Shown in pieces: positions 51,310-64,000 of a DNA stretch of 64,000 bases. A program made the translations under genes and the position numbers. Below the pieces are notes generated by a model, which worked only from the letters and a program-made list of their open reading frames with translations, searched no databases and was not told the DNA's origin. This DNA is from Chiloscyllium plagiosum. Lineage: Eukaryota. The stretch covers positions 19,426,661-19,490,660 of the forward strand of contig NC_057749.1 of the NCBI RefSeq assembly GCF_004010195.1, in the 5' to 3' direction. Position 1 is the stretch's first letter. Each line of letters begins with the position of its first letter.

Positions 51310-52533
51310 GAAACAAAGAACAAAAGAAAATTTATAGCCTAGGAACAGGCCCTTCGGTCCTCCAAGCCCGAGCCGATCCAAATCCACTGTCTTAAACCCA
51401 TTGCCCAATTCCTAAGCATCTGTATCCCTCTGCTCCCCATGTACTCATTCATCTGTCCAGACACATCTTAAATGAATCTACCGTGCCTGTCTCTACTATC
51501 TCTGCTGGCAACGCGTTCCTGGCACCTACCACCCTCTGTGTAAAGTACTTGCCGCGTGTATCCCCCCCTAAACTTTTCTCCTCTCACCTTGAACACGCAA
51601 CCTCTCGTTGCTGAATCCCTCACCCTGGAGAAAAGCCTATCTATCCTGTCTATACCCTTCATGATTTTGCAGTCCTCAAATCTGGTCTCTCTCTCCCACA
51701 CCCCCCCGCCCCCCACCATCTCCTTTTTCCCAAGAAAAACGATCCTAAACTACTCAACTGCTCTTCATAGCATCTTCCATATCAGGCAACATCCTCGTAA
51801 ACCTTCGCTGCACCCTCTCCAAAGCGTCCACATTCTATTGGTAATGAGGCGACCAGCACTGTACACAGTATTCTAAATATGGCTGAACCAATGGCTGAAC
51901 CAATGTCTTGTACAATCTTAACACAAGCTGCCAGCTCTTATACTCAATACTCCGTGTTGAGTATACCATACGCCTTCTATTCATCTGTTCAGCCACCTTC
52001 AGGGTACAATGAACCTAAACTCCCAGATCTCTCTGCTCATCAACTTTTCCCAAAGCTCTTCCATTTACACTATAGTTCGCTCTAGAATTAGACTTCCCAA
52101 AATGAATCACCTCACATTTGCCTGGATGGAATTCCATCTGCCACTTCTCCACCCAACTCTCCAATCTATCAATATTCTCCTGTATTCTTTGACAGTCCCA
52201 TATCCACCAATCTTCGTGTCATCTACAAACTTACTGACCAGACCAACAATGCCCTCTTCGAGATCATTTGTGTGTATCACAAACAACAGTGACCCCAATA
52301 CTGATCCCTGTGGAACACCATTAGTCACTCTTCTCCATTTTGAGAAACTCCCTTAAACTACTACTATCTTCTGTTGCTCAACCAGTTCTTTATCCACTTA
52401 GCTAGAACACCCTGTACACCATGTGACTTCACTTTCTCCATTAGTTTACCATAGCGAATGCCTTACTAAAGTCCATGTATATGACATCTACAGCCCTTTC
52501 TTCATCTATCAACTTGGTCACTTCCTCAAAGAA
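51310..52533 (-). mobile_element. Degenerate CR1 LINE
   Basis: GVPQGSVLGSLLF, KFVDDTK; 3' UTR at left. Confidence 0.88.
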
Positions 52534-53604
52534 CTAAATGATATTGCTTTCCATCCTAGCCTCCTTTCCACCCTAGCTGACTTTCTCTCAGTTCCACTAA
52601 TATATTCAATTAGCACTTTCACCCTCAAGGAAGGCTTTCCAAACTATGGGTTGCAACCTCCGACTGGTCATGAAACAAGATTTGGGGATGCCGGCTTCAA
52701 AGCAGCAACGACTGTGTGGACCTCATACTGTTTCTTGACAGCTGCATGGGCCCTTTATATGTACGTTCTTTGCTACAGGAGGGTATGTCCTAATCAACAG
52801 TGACTAAAGCCACATTCCTGCTGTGAGAGCACCTGTGGTAGGTGTTCAGTTGGCTCATCTTTCCATCAACTACCAACAAGGAAAGCAGGAGTGGGGAGGT
52901 TGTGAAGGATGGAGATTGGAGAAAGGAGGGGAAGATGGTGGACACAGCTACTTTCGTCCCAGCTACTAGAACTGAAGCCATCCACTGTGCTCCAGTGGAC
53001 AACTTGAAGGTTTCTCTCCCTCCTCACTCTTGGGTTCCCCCAAAATTTTCACCCAGGATCACACAAAATCTGAGGCGAGTTGAAAGCGAGATTACACCAG
53101 CAAAATGTCTTGGTGGCACATTAATCACCTCAATCACTCAACAAGGTAGGGAGAGTTGTAAAGTGGAACCACTGTATATAAAGAAATTTCTCTTCAATTT
53201 CTTGATGACCAGCACATTCATGATCGGCAGTTCTAGACTTGCCACAAGATTACACAGAACAGGTAGACAACACCAATGAGGTCTCCACTTTTGCTTATAA
53301 ACGCTTCTCAAGCTGAGGGTTAATGTTTTGGGGCTTGACATCTAAGCTCTCTGGAATAGTGTGTCCAGGTTATGGTCGCCCCGTTACAGGAAGGATATTA
53401 AGCTGGGGAGGATTCAGAAGGGATTTACCAGGAAGTTGCAGGAACAGAGGGCTTGAGTTATGTGCTGGATGGGTTGGACATTTTACACTGGAGCTTAGGA
53501 GATTGAGGGGTGACATTACTGAAGTCTCAAAATCATGAAAGGTATAGATAAGGTGAATGGGTGGTGTCTTTTCCCTGGAACTAGGGATATTTTTAAGGTG
53601 CGAG

Positions 53605-54031
53605 TGTCATCCTATTTCTGAATCAGTCAGAACACTCAGACTCAGTATGGCTCTACCTCCTTCATCTTTATTTTGAGCCCTGGAGAGAGAGCAATTGCCC
53701 ATGTACACAAAGACATGAGCTCTCGGTCTCTCAAACAGCAGATTCTTAAGGAACTATACAGTCACTTACAGGGAGCAGCATCCAAATAAGGCAACATTGA
53801 TATTGATTGGGTGACCATTACAATTAGCAAACATCAACAGTAAAGATTAAGCCATCTGACATTACACAATGGATATTCTTCACCTCGTTAAACCACGACC
53901 TTTGACTTCAGCACCTCATTGTTTACTGCAAGTTCTTACCTGGTCAAAATCATGCTAGCTGAGCCTTTTTGTTACACAGCCCTAAACTTAACTCTTTCCC
54001 TACCTGCTCATATATCTTATATACATTCTCA
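53605..54031 (-). mobile_element. Solo LTR inserted in a CR1 3' fragment
   Basis: TG...CA ends, 4-bp TSD cgag/caag, AATAAA on the minus strand; flanking CR1 (53360-53604, 54032-54060) rejoins on removal. Confidence 0.6.
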
Positions 54032-55540
54032 CAAGGAGAAAGATTTTAAAAAGACATGGGGGGGGGGGGGGTGGTGTCCCTCCATCAAGTTAACAAAAAC
54101 TCAAAGAAACACTTCTTAAATGTAGTCATTCTACTTCCTCAGCATTAACAACTCCACTAAAGAAATCTATAGGCAAAGTTGAACTACAAGATTTAACATG
54201 AGATTCAAGAGTCAGACCTTACGGGAGATCCGCCCCAAGAATTCTCTGCTTGAGGTTTAAAATTAAAACAGCCTCTTAGTATGCCAGCCTTACACACTGC
54301 AGAAAACCTGAGCTACCAGTGAACCATAACATTCCTTCAACAAAACGTTTTTGACGCCAAAGCTATGTTGTACATCCTATTAATTAGGTCAATGCATTTG
54401 GGACTCAGATGAACGGGCACTTTTGGTCCAGATCCACATTACACAAATCTAATCACATAAAATAAGGTGCTAGTGTGATGAAAGTTGTCACACAGTAGTC
54501 ATTGGAGGAATTGAAGGTCATCGAACTGTTCCCTAAATTTCAAATACACCTCAGAAGGCAAATACTGGCCTCAGAGGAGGGAGTGGAACAGATTCATCAG
54601 GTTTCTTTTCGTTATTCTTTCATGGGGTGTAGATGCCACTGGCAAGACTAGCATTTTGTTACCCATCCCAACTACCTTTGAAATGAGTGACTTAACTGGC
54701 TTCTGAAATGGCCTAACAAGAGTCTATGCTATGAGTCAGGACTCAGATTAGACCCGGCCATGTAAGAATTTCAGATTTCCTTCACTGAAGGACATTTGAG
54801 AACTCAGTAGGTTTTTACCACAATTGATGATAGCTCCTGTTCACTATTACTAATAACTTTGAATTTAAAGTCAAAAAGGCTTCTGGATTATGAGTCCAAT
54901 GACATTACCATGAGGTCATTATAACAGCAAGGGAAGACTATCAGAAAGATAGAGACTTAATCTGCACTGCATTCAAATTCAGACTTGCACAATTACAAAC
55001 ATCCTCATTTTATTTTTACTGAATCACGAAACTGGAAGGTCTTTTTTTAAAGCGAGCACAGCTGGGGAAAGGGTTAAAGACGCCACACAGGTTCTCTATG
55101 AATGAGTCAGGCAGTCAATGGACAGGCAGTCCTAGCAAACACTGCATTTGTTTGCCAAGAGACATTGTGCTTGGGTCAGGAGTTCTTTACACTGCAGAGA
55201 ACAGATGCCCAATTTACAGCTCTTTGGGAGCCATAGCCAACTTCCAACCCGAAAACGGAAACTCAGCAGAGCACTACTGAACTGACATTAACAAAAACCT
55301 CACGCAGATCAGGGCTGCATATACAAGGATGTGTTGTATTTGGTGAGGATTAAACAACAGAACAACACACAGTACACACAGAGTTGTGAAAACAGGAATT
55401 CAGGGAAATGGAATACTAGCACCAAGACTTAGAATTTAATTAGCAAGCAATTTCAGAAAACCCACCCACCAGTGAAAATATCTACTCCCTCCATTACTAG
55501 TGTACTATCACTGAAATATGTGTTACATGTATTGCATCAA

Positions 55541-55681
55541 TAGTGTTTCCCAAACCTTTTTCCCCCCCACTACATCCCATTTGGAGGCTTTAGAACTGTA
55601 TAACCTCTCAGAGTGAGGGATGTGGAGAACAGAGTGCACAATAGGTAGGGAAGGGGATCCTGAGCCGATTTGGGAAGACTG
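55541..55681. mobile_element. Possible hAT-type MITE
   Basis: tagtgtttcccaaa ... tttgggaagactg imperfect TIRs; no TSD seen. Confidence 0.4.
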
Positions 55682-56089
55682 ACCTGAACGATGTATTACA
55701 GGATGCTGTCAAGGCTTCTTTGGCAGCACTTCCCAAATCAGCAATCTCCTCAACTTGGGAGGAAAAGGGCAGTAATATAAAACACCATCACTTCCAACTC
55801 ACAAAGCAACCTGACTTGGACATAAATTGCTGCTCATACACTGTCGCTGGATCAAACTCTGGGAATCCTGACCCAATGCATTGTGACTGCACTTATGCCA
55901 CACAAATTGCAACAGTTTATGAAGCCAACATAACAGCAACAAAACTGGCAAAAAATGTTCACCTTGCCAGGAACACTGGCAACCAGAGAATTAACTGAAA
56001 AATTCTAAATCGCTGAGGATAAGTGACTAGGAAGGGCTGTGCTTTCCCTCTTTCATGCAACTTACATCCACTGTGCTTCCAGACGCCTC

Positions 56090-56117
<28 letters not shown>
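56090..56117. repeat. (AAT)n microsatellite
   Basis: Directly visible. Confidence 0.95.
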
Positions 56118-56123
<6 letters not shown>

Positions 56124-57789
56124 GCAGTTTCACATTCCACAGCCAAAAGGAGTGAGTGTCTTGGAGATAGTATAGCTGTTTTGGTCTTGGCAAGGCGGAC
56201 TCTCACCAGGAAGGTTTTCTGCTGCAATAAACTTTCCTTGAGGAGATCAACTTGAAACAAATCCAAAAAATCTAAACATCCTGAAACTTTCCAAAAACAT
56301 TTACATGGGAATTGCAGGCCAAGAACATTTAGAGCAAAGGTCACCAAGGATTTGATCACTTGCAGCCATTCTCTGAAATCCCATTAACCTGGCCCTTGAA
56401 CACAACTGGCATTCTTTATTTGTTTGATTGTATTTGTTTGAATTCTGATTGTCTGAATAGTTTGTAAAGGCATGCCCCCCATTTCTGTACTTGCTTCTAA
56501 AAGTTGGACTTGTACCAATAACTTAAGGTTATTAAAAATGCATCTGAGGCCACTGAAGTTAATCAGTACAAAAGCAAAAAACTTGAACACAACAACCCAC
56601 AGAACAGAATGGATAATTCTGATTGGGTTAAGTATCTGATACATGGAAATTAATCAGAGAACTGCTCCCTTCTCTCTCCACAAAGTGTGCGTGTTGGAAG
56701 GTGCCCATCTTGGGTAACTATGAAACTATGGTAACATGAGTATTGCAACTTTATGCATGGATGAGGTAATGGTGGTTAGCTGGGTTAGAGAGAGAGGGAG
56801 ATACAATAGTTGCCTGGACAGCAAACAAAATAATTCAAGATACTGCCAAAAGATCTTTTATGTTCACTCAAGGGGACAAATGTGGCCTCAATTTAACATC
56901 TCCTCTAAAAGATGACACTTTAACACTGGAGGCTCAGCCTAGCTTTTAGTGCTTAAGTCTCTGGAATAGGTTTTAAATCCAAACGGTTTTGTAATATTAA
57001 AGTACATTAGTCAGTCAAAGCACACGCCTTGTTCTTTTTGAGAATCCTGCCAAAGGGGAAGTGAACTAACTCTTCAAGAATAGAAGGGAGAAATTGTAAA
57101 CGTTAAGCATTTCAGCAAAGCATTTAACAAATTCAACATTGAACTAATTCGACAGCAACAAGTTCCTCCCTCGTGAAAATTCGAACTTCTGGTAGGAGCC
57201 TCAAGCATGTTGTCTGAGCAATGAGTAAACCAATGGCCTAAAAGTGATGTCATTCAGTGACAGCCTACATCAATGGCAACTTCTATCTCAAGACTCCTCC
57301 CCCGATTGGAAACACCATGTCATAGCAGAGCAAAAAAACACTGGTGAAAAATTCTGATGCATCAGCCTACATTCTATGTTTTGTCCTCCTGTGTGGCCAT
57401 GCAGCTTAGAAAGCACAATGAAGTCAGCTGTGGTAGTTCACTTCCCGGAGTCACAGGATGAGAAACCCAAAAGTGTTTTATACTATTTCTCCCTCTTTTC
57501 CTAAATGTAATCACTGCTGTAAAGTAAATTTCCCACAAACAATGTCATTACAGCCAGATAATCTGTTTGGGTAATGCTGGTTAATTATTGGTCAGGAAAA
57601 CAAGCGAAACCTCTGTTTGGTTGTACTTTGATGAGCAATCGTTTATCTTAATTCAAAGGGGCAAACATAGCCTCAATTTAACATCAAATCCAAAAAGGAG
57701 CCATCACTAAGCAAAGGCTTTTTTTTGATGGGGGAGGGGGTTTGAGAGAGAGATACAATTGGCTTAAAAATAAAAAAAAAGGTGCTGAG

Positions 57790-58095
57790 CAGGTGACACA
57801 GTGGCTCAGTGGTTAGCACTGCTGCCTCACAGCACCAGGTTCAATTCCAGCCTCGGGCGACTGTCTGTGTGGAGCTTGCACATTCTCCCAGTGTCTGTAT
57901 GGGTTTCCTGCGGGTGCTCCGGTTTTCTCCCACAGTCCAAAGATGTGCGGGTCAGGTTGATTGGCCCATGCTAAATTGTCCATAGTGTTAGGTGCATCAG
58001 TCAGAGAAAAATGGGTCTGGGTGGGTTACTCTTCAGAAAGTCGGTGTGGACTTATTGGGCCGAAGGGCCTGTTTCCACACTGTAGGGAATCTAAT
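57790..58095 (+). mobile_element. HE1-type SINE
   Basis: gtggctcagtggttagcactgctgcctcac head, B box, gaagggcctgtttccacactgtaggg tail. Confidence 0.87.
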
Positions 58096-58419
58096 AAAAA
58101 ACAAGCCAAAGGAAGAGCTATTAAGTTGCCTGATCAGATCCTTGCTTTAAAAAAACGGTTTTAGAGAGTCTTAAAGGAGAAAAAGTCATGATGAGGTTTA
58201 GTATCAGAATTTCAAAACATGCAGACTAGGTGGTTGCCAGCATGATCAGAATGATTAAACTAGCTTCAACGGAAGACATGACAATCCAGTTTATTGCTCA
58301 CATAAATCAGCCATAAGACTGGGCAACCTAAACACAGAGTTGGTGGACAGTTTTCCTGAAACACTGCAGAAGAGCAGATTGGTAAATTGGATTTAATTCA
58401 CAAATTTTTCAAATGTTCA

Positions 58420-59225
58420 TTCATGCAAATGGACTTTGCAGAGTGGAGCAACATTTATTACCCATCCCCAGTCACCCTCGGGAAGACGACGCTAAGCTGC
58501 CACCTTTAACCACTGCAGTTTAAGGTGTGGGGACATCTACAGTGCTGTGACAGGGGGAGCTCCAGGAATTTGACCCAGTGATACTGAAGGAATCCCCATC
58601 ATATATTTTCATGTCAGGATGGTGTGGGGCTTGGAGAGGAGCTTGCAGGTGGGGACATTCCCATATGTCTGCTGCCCTTGTCCTTTTAAGTAGAGATCAG
58701 ATTTAGGAGGCACTGTGCAGGAAGTCTTGGTGGATTTCTGCAAAGCATCTTGTAGATTGCAAATACTGCTGCTACTGTGCATCAATGGAGGAGGAAATGA
58801 ACACCATGGATTATGGTGTCAATCAAGCAGGATGCTTTATCCTGGATGGCATCAAGCTGCCACTCTTGTTGGAACTGCACTCATCCAGACAATTGGGAGG
58901 ATTCAATCATTTTCCTGAATGGTCTTGTAAATGGTGGACACGCTTTGCGGAGACAGGAGTTGAATTACTTGGTGCAAGATTTGCCATTGACCTGCTCTTG
59001 CAGCTGTTTTATTTATATGGCTAGTCTAGTACAATTTTAAGTCAATGGTAACCCCCACAGTGGGAGATTCAGTGATGGTAACACCTCTGAATTTCTTGAC
59101 ATTGATTCGATTCTCTTTTGCTAGAGATGGCTATTGCCTGACCTGTGTGGAGTGCAAGTTATTTGCCATTTATCAGCCCAATCCTGGTCATTGTTCAGAC
59201 CTAGCTGCATTTAGACAGATTCCTT
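58420..59225 (-). mobile_element. Old CR1/L2-group LINE 3' fragment
   Basis: Reverse-complement similarity to 46440-46990. Confidence 0.55.
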
Positions 59226-60774
59226 CAGTATCTAGTGAGAATTCCCTTGTCTAATATGTTTAAACCTAAATGATTAAAAGCAGCATTTCTGAATGCACAA
59301 AGATCAGAAAATTTGTGGAGAGAAAACAGAAGTAAAATTATGAATAATTCTTCAGTAGAGACAGACAATTCTGATTCAATTTCCTCAAAAATCCCAAACT
59401 CCAGATTCAATTTGCTAAATTTCCTAACCAGACAATTAAGCCAAGTCATCCATGCTTAACAAATAGACTCTGTGGCCATAAGAGGCCAGAACATAACCAT
59501 CACAAAACAGCTGTATCAAATGGTATTGTTACAACACAGAAACAGACAGCCAACTAAATCAGCCTTTCTACCTCTGTATTCGCAATACAGTTAAATTATA
59601 ATCTTCATAGATCTTCAAAATTGAACCCAATGGCTCCTAGCCAGACTTTTGTGAACAACCAATCCCAGACTCTATTATCAATTCTAAACACCATTTTGTA
59701 GATTGAACAAACAATTTAGAACTTTGGTTTCTATTCTCTGAACATCCAATAACTGATAATGGGAAATTAGGGAGTTTTTAAATCGTCATTACGCAGTATC
59801 AGCAGGTAAACTGCTCCTCACAGAAAATACAGTTCAAAACCAAGTTTAAATTCTGGCCTCTCCCTGTCACACTGACCTTCTGAGGTCCCAGTTACCATTC
59901 AACATCTGCCACCTGCTTGAGAAGAAGGTCTCTTTCAGACTTGCTGGTATAATTCCCAAGTACTGACCTTGTTAACGGCTAAACATCAGCTCTCTGTTTG
60001 AATATACTGTTCTCTATCAAAGTCTTAGAGTCTGTCGAAGATTTTGAAAAAGAACCAACCTTCCAGGTCTGGCCTCAAACAACAGCTTGTTTATTCTTCA
60101 TGAAAACACAAGCTGGTGCCCACAGTCCAAATGTCATTTTCAGCCCTCAGTTCAAAACTCCAAACCAAAATTAATAAAAGAACAAAATAAAAGTAATGAA
60201 AAAAGTCAACAAGGGTTCTAACAGTTTAAATCCAGAGTCTGAATAAATTCTGATGGACTGCAAAGGTGACAAATCTCTGAACAATCTAAACATGCGTATA
60301 CACCTTCTGACCAGCTTAGCCATATATTCAATACAGAGGACACAAAACTAACCAAAAATATATTGGGCATCTCTGGAAATAAACTGATGGTTTTAGAAAC
60401 TATCTACAAAAAACACAATGTAAGCAAACAAGCCTTTTATGCACATTGTCCATAGATCTCCCATATTGCTGCAGGACAAGTTAATAGCCAAAAACCACAG
60501 CCCTCAAAAGGACATCTGTGACATTTGAGCACAGATTAAACAATATCCCTTAAACAAATTGAAGAACCATAGAGACACAAAGCTTTAGACTACAGAAAGA
60601 GACATTTCATGTTCATGTTGTCATCAAGTAGCTATCAATTCTCATCCCATTTCCCAGCACTTGGCTCATGGTTTGTATATTTTGGTATTTCAAGCGTTCA
60701 TTTAAACACTTAAATGAGATAACTGACACCTCGACTACCCTTTCACAAAATAAGCAGTATCCATTTGGTTGATA

Positions 60775-62400
60775 GATTGATTTATTCTCACATGTACCTA
60801 AGTAGAGTGGAAAGCTTTGTTTAGGAGCAGTACTGGCAGATTATAGTAAGCAAGGACATCAGATCATAGGGTTAAAAAAAACTAGACAGAGGTATACAAG
60901 GGAATGTGCAAGTTAGAGAGTCCATTCATCAGTCTAATAACAGCAGGGAAGAAGCTGCTCTTGAACCTGCTGGTGTGTATGTTCAAATGTATCTTCTGCC
61001 TGATGGAAGAGGTTGTAGAAGAGCATTGCTGGGGTGTGAAAGATCTTTAATGATGTTGGCAGCCTTTCTGCAACAACATGCCATGTAAATTGGATGGAAG
61101 GTTGGCTTCAGTGATGGTCTGGGTTGTGCACACAACCTTCTGTAGTTTCTTACGGTCCTGGACAGAGCAGTTGTTATACCAAGCCATTCTGCATCCAGAC
61201 AGTATGTTTTCAATGATGCATTTGTAGAAGTTGGTGAGGACCCTTATGGACATGCCAAACTTGCTGAGCCGCCTGAGGAAGAAGAGGTCTTCTTGTGCCT
61301 TCTTGACCCTCACATCTATGTGGGAAGTCCAGTACAGATTGTCAGTTATTGCCACTCCGAGGAACTTGACGCTCTTCACCCTCTCAACCTCTGTTCCACT
61401 GAAGCCAACGAGGGTGCGTTCTCCTCTCTCCTTCCAGAAGTCAATGATCTTCTTTAGTTTTGCCGACTTTGAGAGAGAGTCGTTCTCATTGCACCATGTC
61501 ATTCAGTGCTCGTCATTGTTTGATATCCGTCCGACCATGATGGCACCATCAGTAAACTTGTGGATGGCGTTTGTTTGGAACTTGGCAACACAGTCGTGGC
61601 TGTACAGGAGTACAGCAGGGGTCTGAGAACACATCCTTTTTAGGGGGGGGTCTCCAGTGTTGAGCGTATACGTGGAAGTGGCGCAGTTGTCTATCCTTGT
61701 GCACTGCAATCAGCGGGTCAGAAAGCTGAGAATCCAATTGCACAGGGTGGAGCCAAGACTTACATCTCCTAGAGTTTTGACATCAGTCTGGAAGAGATAG
61801 TGGTGTTGAAGGTGGAGATACAGTCAATGAAGAGTCTGTCATAGGTTTCCTTGTTTTCCAGATTTCCAGGGATAAGTGCAGGGCTAGGGAAATGATGTCT
61901 GCTTGAACCTGTTGGCAGACAAATTGTACAGGATCAAACCAGGCTGGAGTTGATGTGGGCCATGATCAGCCTCTTGAAGCACTTCATGGCTATGGAGGTC
62001 TTTTTGAAGCAGGTGGGGACTTCGGTTTATAGGAAGGGGAAGTTGAAGATGCCGGTGAATATCTGCAGCAGTTGGTCACCCACAGGATCAGAGTGCTCAG
62101 CCAGGGACTCCGTCTGGGCCCGTCGCTTTCCTTGGGTTGACTCCGAGGAAGACCAATCTAACACCTGCAGTGGTGACGGTGGGCACCTTCGAGGCAGGTG
62201 ACATCATTCAGCTCAAACCAAGCACAGAAAGCACTGAGCGCATCAGGGAGGAAGGGCCTTTGTCTGCTATCTTGCTCTGCTTCATTTTGTTCCCCATAAA
62301 ATTGTTTAGGCCTTGCCACAGGTGGTGAGACACACTATTTTTGGTTTGGGCCTCTAATTTGCTCCAGTACTGCCTCTGGGCATCCCTGATGGCTTTGCAA
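60775..62400 (-). mobile_element. Rex1/Babar-like LINE, degenerate
   Basis: LLYSHDCVAKFQTNAIHKFTDG, KFLGVAITDNL, LFFLRRLSKFG, NFYKCIIENIL, PLPSGRRY. Confidence 0.8.
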
Positions 62401-62994
62401 AAGTGAGATTAGGAATCGAAATTCAATGTCAAGGTAGGTTCAGAAAGAAAGATTGGATTCAGAGAGATAACAGACAGTAAAAAAAAAATCTAAAAGTGCT
62501 GCTGCATAAGTAATTGTGAGCACATTGGCCTCATGCTTATTGCAACATAAATGTCAGCGTTGTAATTCTGCAGAACCATAAACACTAAGTGTTTGTGTTT
62601 AAACTATAATCCTTCCCCTCCATGCATTGCCAGAAGTGCACTGTGCTGCAAATTTAATCTTTCACTTTGTTATAACCTCCATAGTTTTTAAACATCTTAC
62701 CTCATACTGGTGCACCATAGCAACCTCAATTAAAAACTACTCTTAATGATAAATTATTTTAATGAGATTTAAATGTATGTCAAAATTACTTTGGCACTCA
62801 CTCCACGCCGGCTGTCCCTGATTAATCTAAGTACTTCTTAATATTCATTTGAAATTATGTTTCCAAGTGTTTGCCTACAGTTGATATTAGTCACACTAAC
62901 GTAACTGGCAGCAAACACTTTCCTTCCTTTCTGAATATGTATCGTACATTGGCTGCCATATACCAAGAACGACTGAAAAGGCCAAATGTATCGC

Positions 62995-63990
62995 ACGGAA
63001 ACAAACCCTTCAGTCTAATTCATCCATTCCAACCAGATATCCTAACTCAATCTAGTCCCTTTTGCCAGCACCCAATCCATATCCCTCCAAACCCTTCATA
63101 TTCACATTCCCATCCAGATGTCTTTAAAATGTTGTCATTGTAACAGCCTCCACCACTTCCTTTGGCAGCTAATTCTATACATGCACCACCCTCTGCGTGA
63201 AAAAGTTGCCCCTTAGGTCCCTTTTAAACTTTTTCCCTTCTCACCCTAAACCTGTGCTCTCTACCGCTGGACTCACCCTCCCCAGGGAAAAGACCTCATC
63301 TATTTATCCTATCCATGCCCCTCATGATTTTATAAACCGACATCTTCAATTTCCCCCTCCTACACCCCTCAGCCTCTGACGCTCCAAGGAAAACAGCCCC
63401 AGCCTATTCAGCCTCTCCCTATAGCTTAAACCCTCCAACCCTGGCAGCACTTTTGTAAATCTTTTCTGAATGCTTCCAAGTTTCACAACATCCTTTCCAC
63501 TGCACACAGTATTCCAAAAGTGGCTAACCAACGTCCTGTACAGCCACAACATCACCTCCCAACTCCTATAATCAATGCTCTGACCAATGAAGGAAAGCAT
63601 ACTAAACCCCTTCACTATCCCATCTATCTGCGGCTCTACTTTCAAGGAACTACGAACCTGCACTCGAAGGTCTTTTTGTTCGGTAACATTCCTCAGGACC
63701 TTATCATTAAGTGTATATGTCCTGTTCCGATTTGCCTTTCCAAAATGCAGCCCCACACATTTATCTAAATTAAACTCCATCTGCCACTCCTCAGCCCACT
63801 GACCCAGCTCATCATGATCCCATTGTAATCTGAGGTAACCTTCTTTGCTGTCGATTACACCTCGAAGTTTGGTGTCATCTGCAAACTTACTAACTATACC
63901 TATGTTCACATCCAAATCATTTATATAAAATGACGAAAAGCAGTGGACCTAGCACCAATCCTTGTGGCACACCACTGGTCACAGGCCTCT
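62995..63990 (-). mobile_element. CR1 (HER1-like) 3' fragment
   Basis: KFADDTK, WAEEWQMEFNLDKC, LYRTLV in ORF 63346-63915. Confidence 0.9.
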
Positions 63991-64000
63991 CTTTATCATC

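Noticed and set aside
46000..64000. SNX27 exon 1 (PDZ N-terminal half, GYGFNVRG motif)
   Set aside because: No matching peptide or CpG island found; presumably beyond the window

Overview
Eukaryotic, repeat-rich genomic DNA from a cartilaginous fish, most likely a shark (HE1-type tRNA SINEs, HER1/CR1 LINEs, Deu-domain SINEs). The window lies inside one large minus-strand gene, a sorting nexin 27 (SNX27) homologue. Eight coding exons (equivalent to exons 2-9; 232, 193, 65, 105, 79, 164, 90 and 150 nt) have canonical GT-AG sites and consistent phases. They encode the second half of the PDZ domain, the PX domain and most of the FERM domain. Exon 1 and exons 10 onward lie outside the window. The introns are full of retroelements: several CR1 copies (one with a near-intact ORF2), an internally deleted L1 with both ends, a Rex1/Babar-like LINE, SINEs, a solo LTR, MITEs and Penelope-like elements (PLEs). 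The most notable pattern is a set of PLE-derived palindromic insertions from three sequence families (200 bp to 2.7 kb). They carry minimal hammerhead-ribozyme motifs, a ~30-nt tail on one arm only, and 10-15 bp target-site duplications. TE boundaries without a TSD are approximate. Family names and comparisons with human SNX27 come from recall, not from a search.
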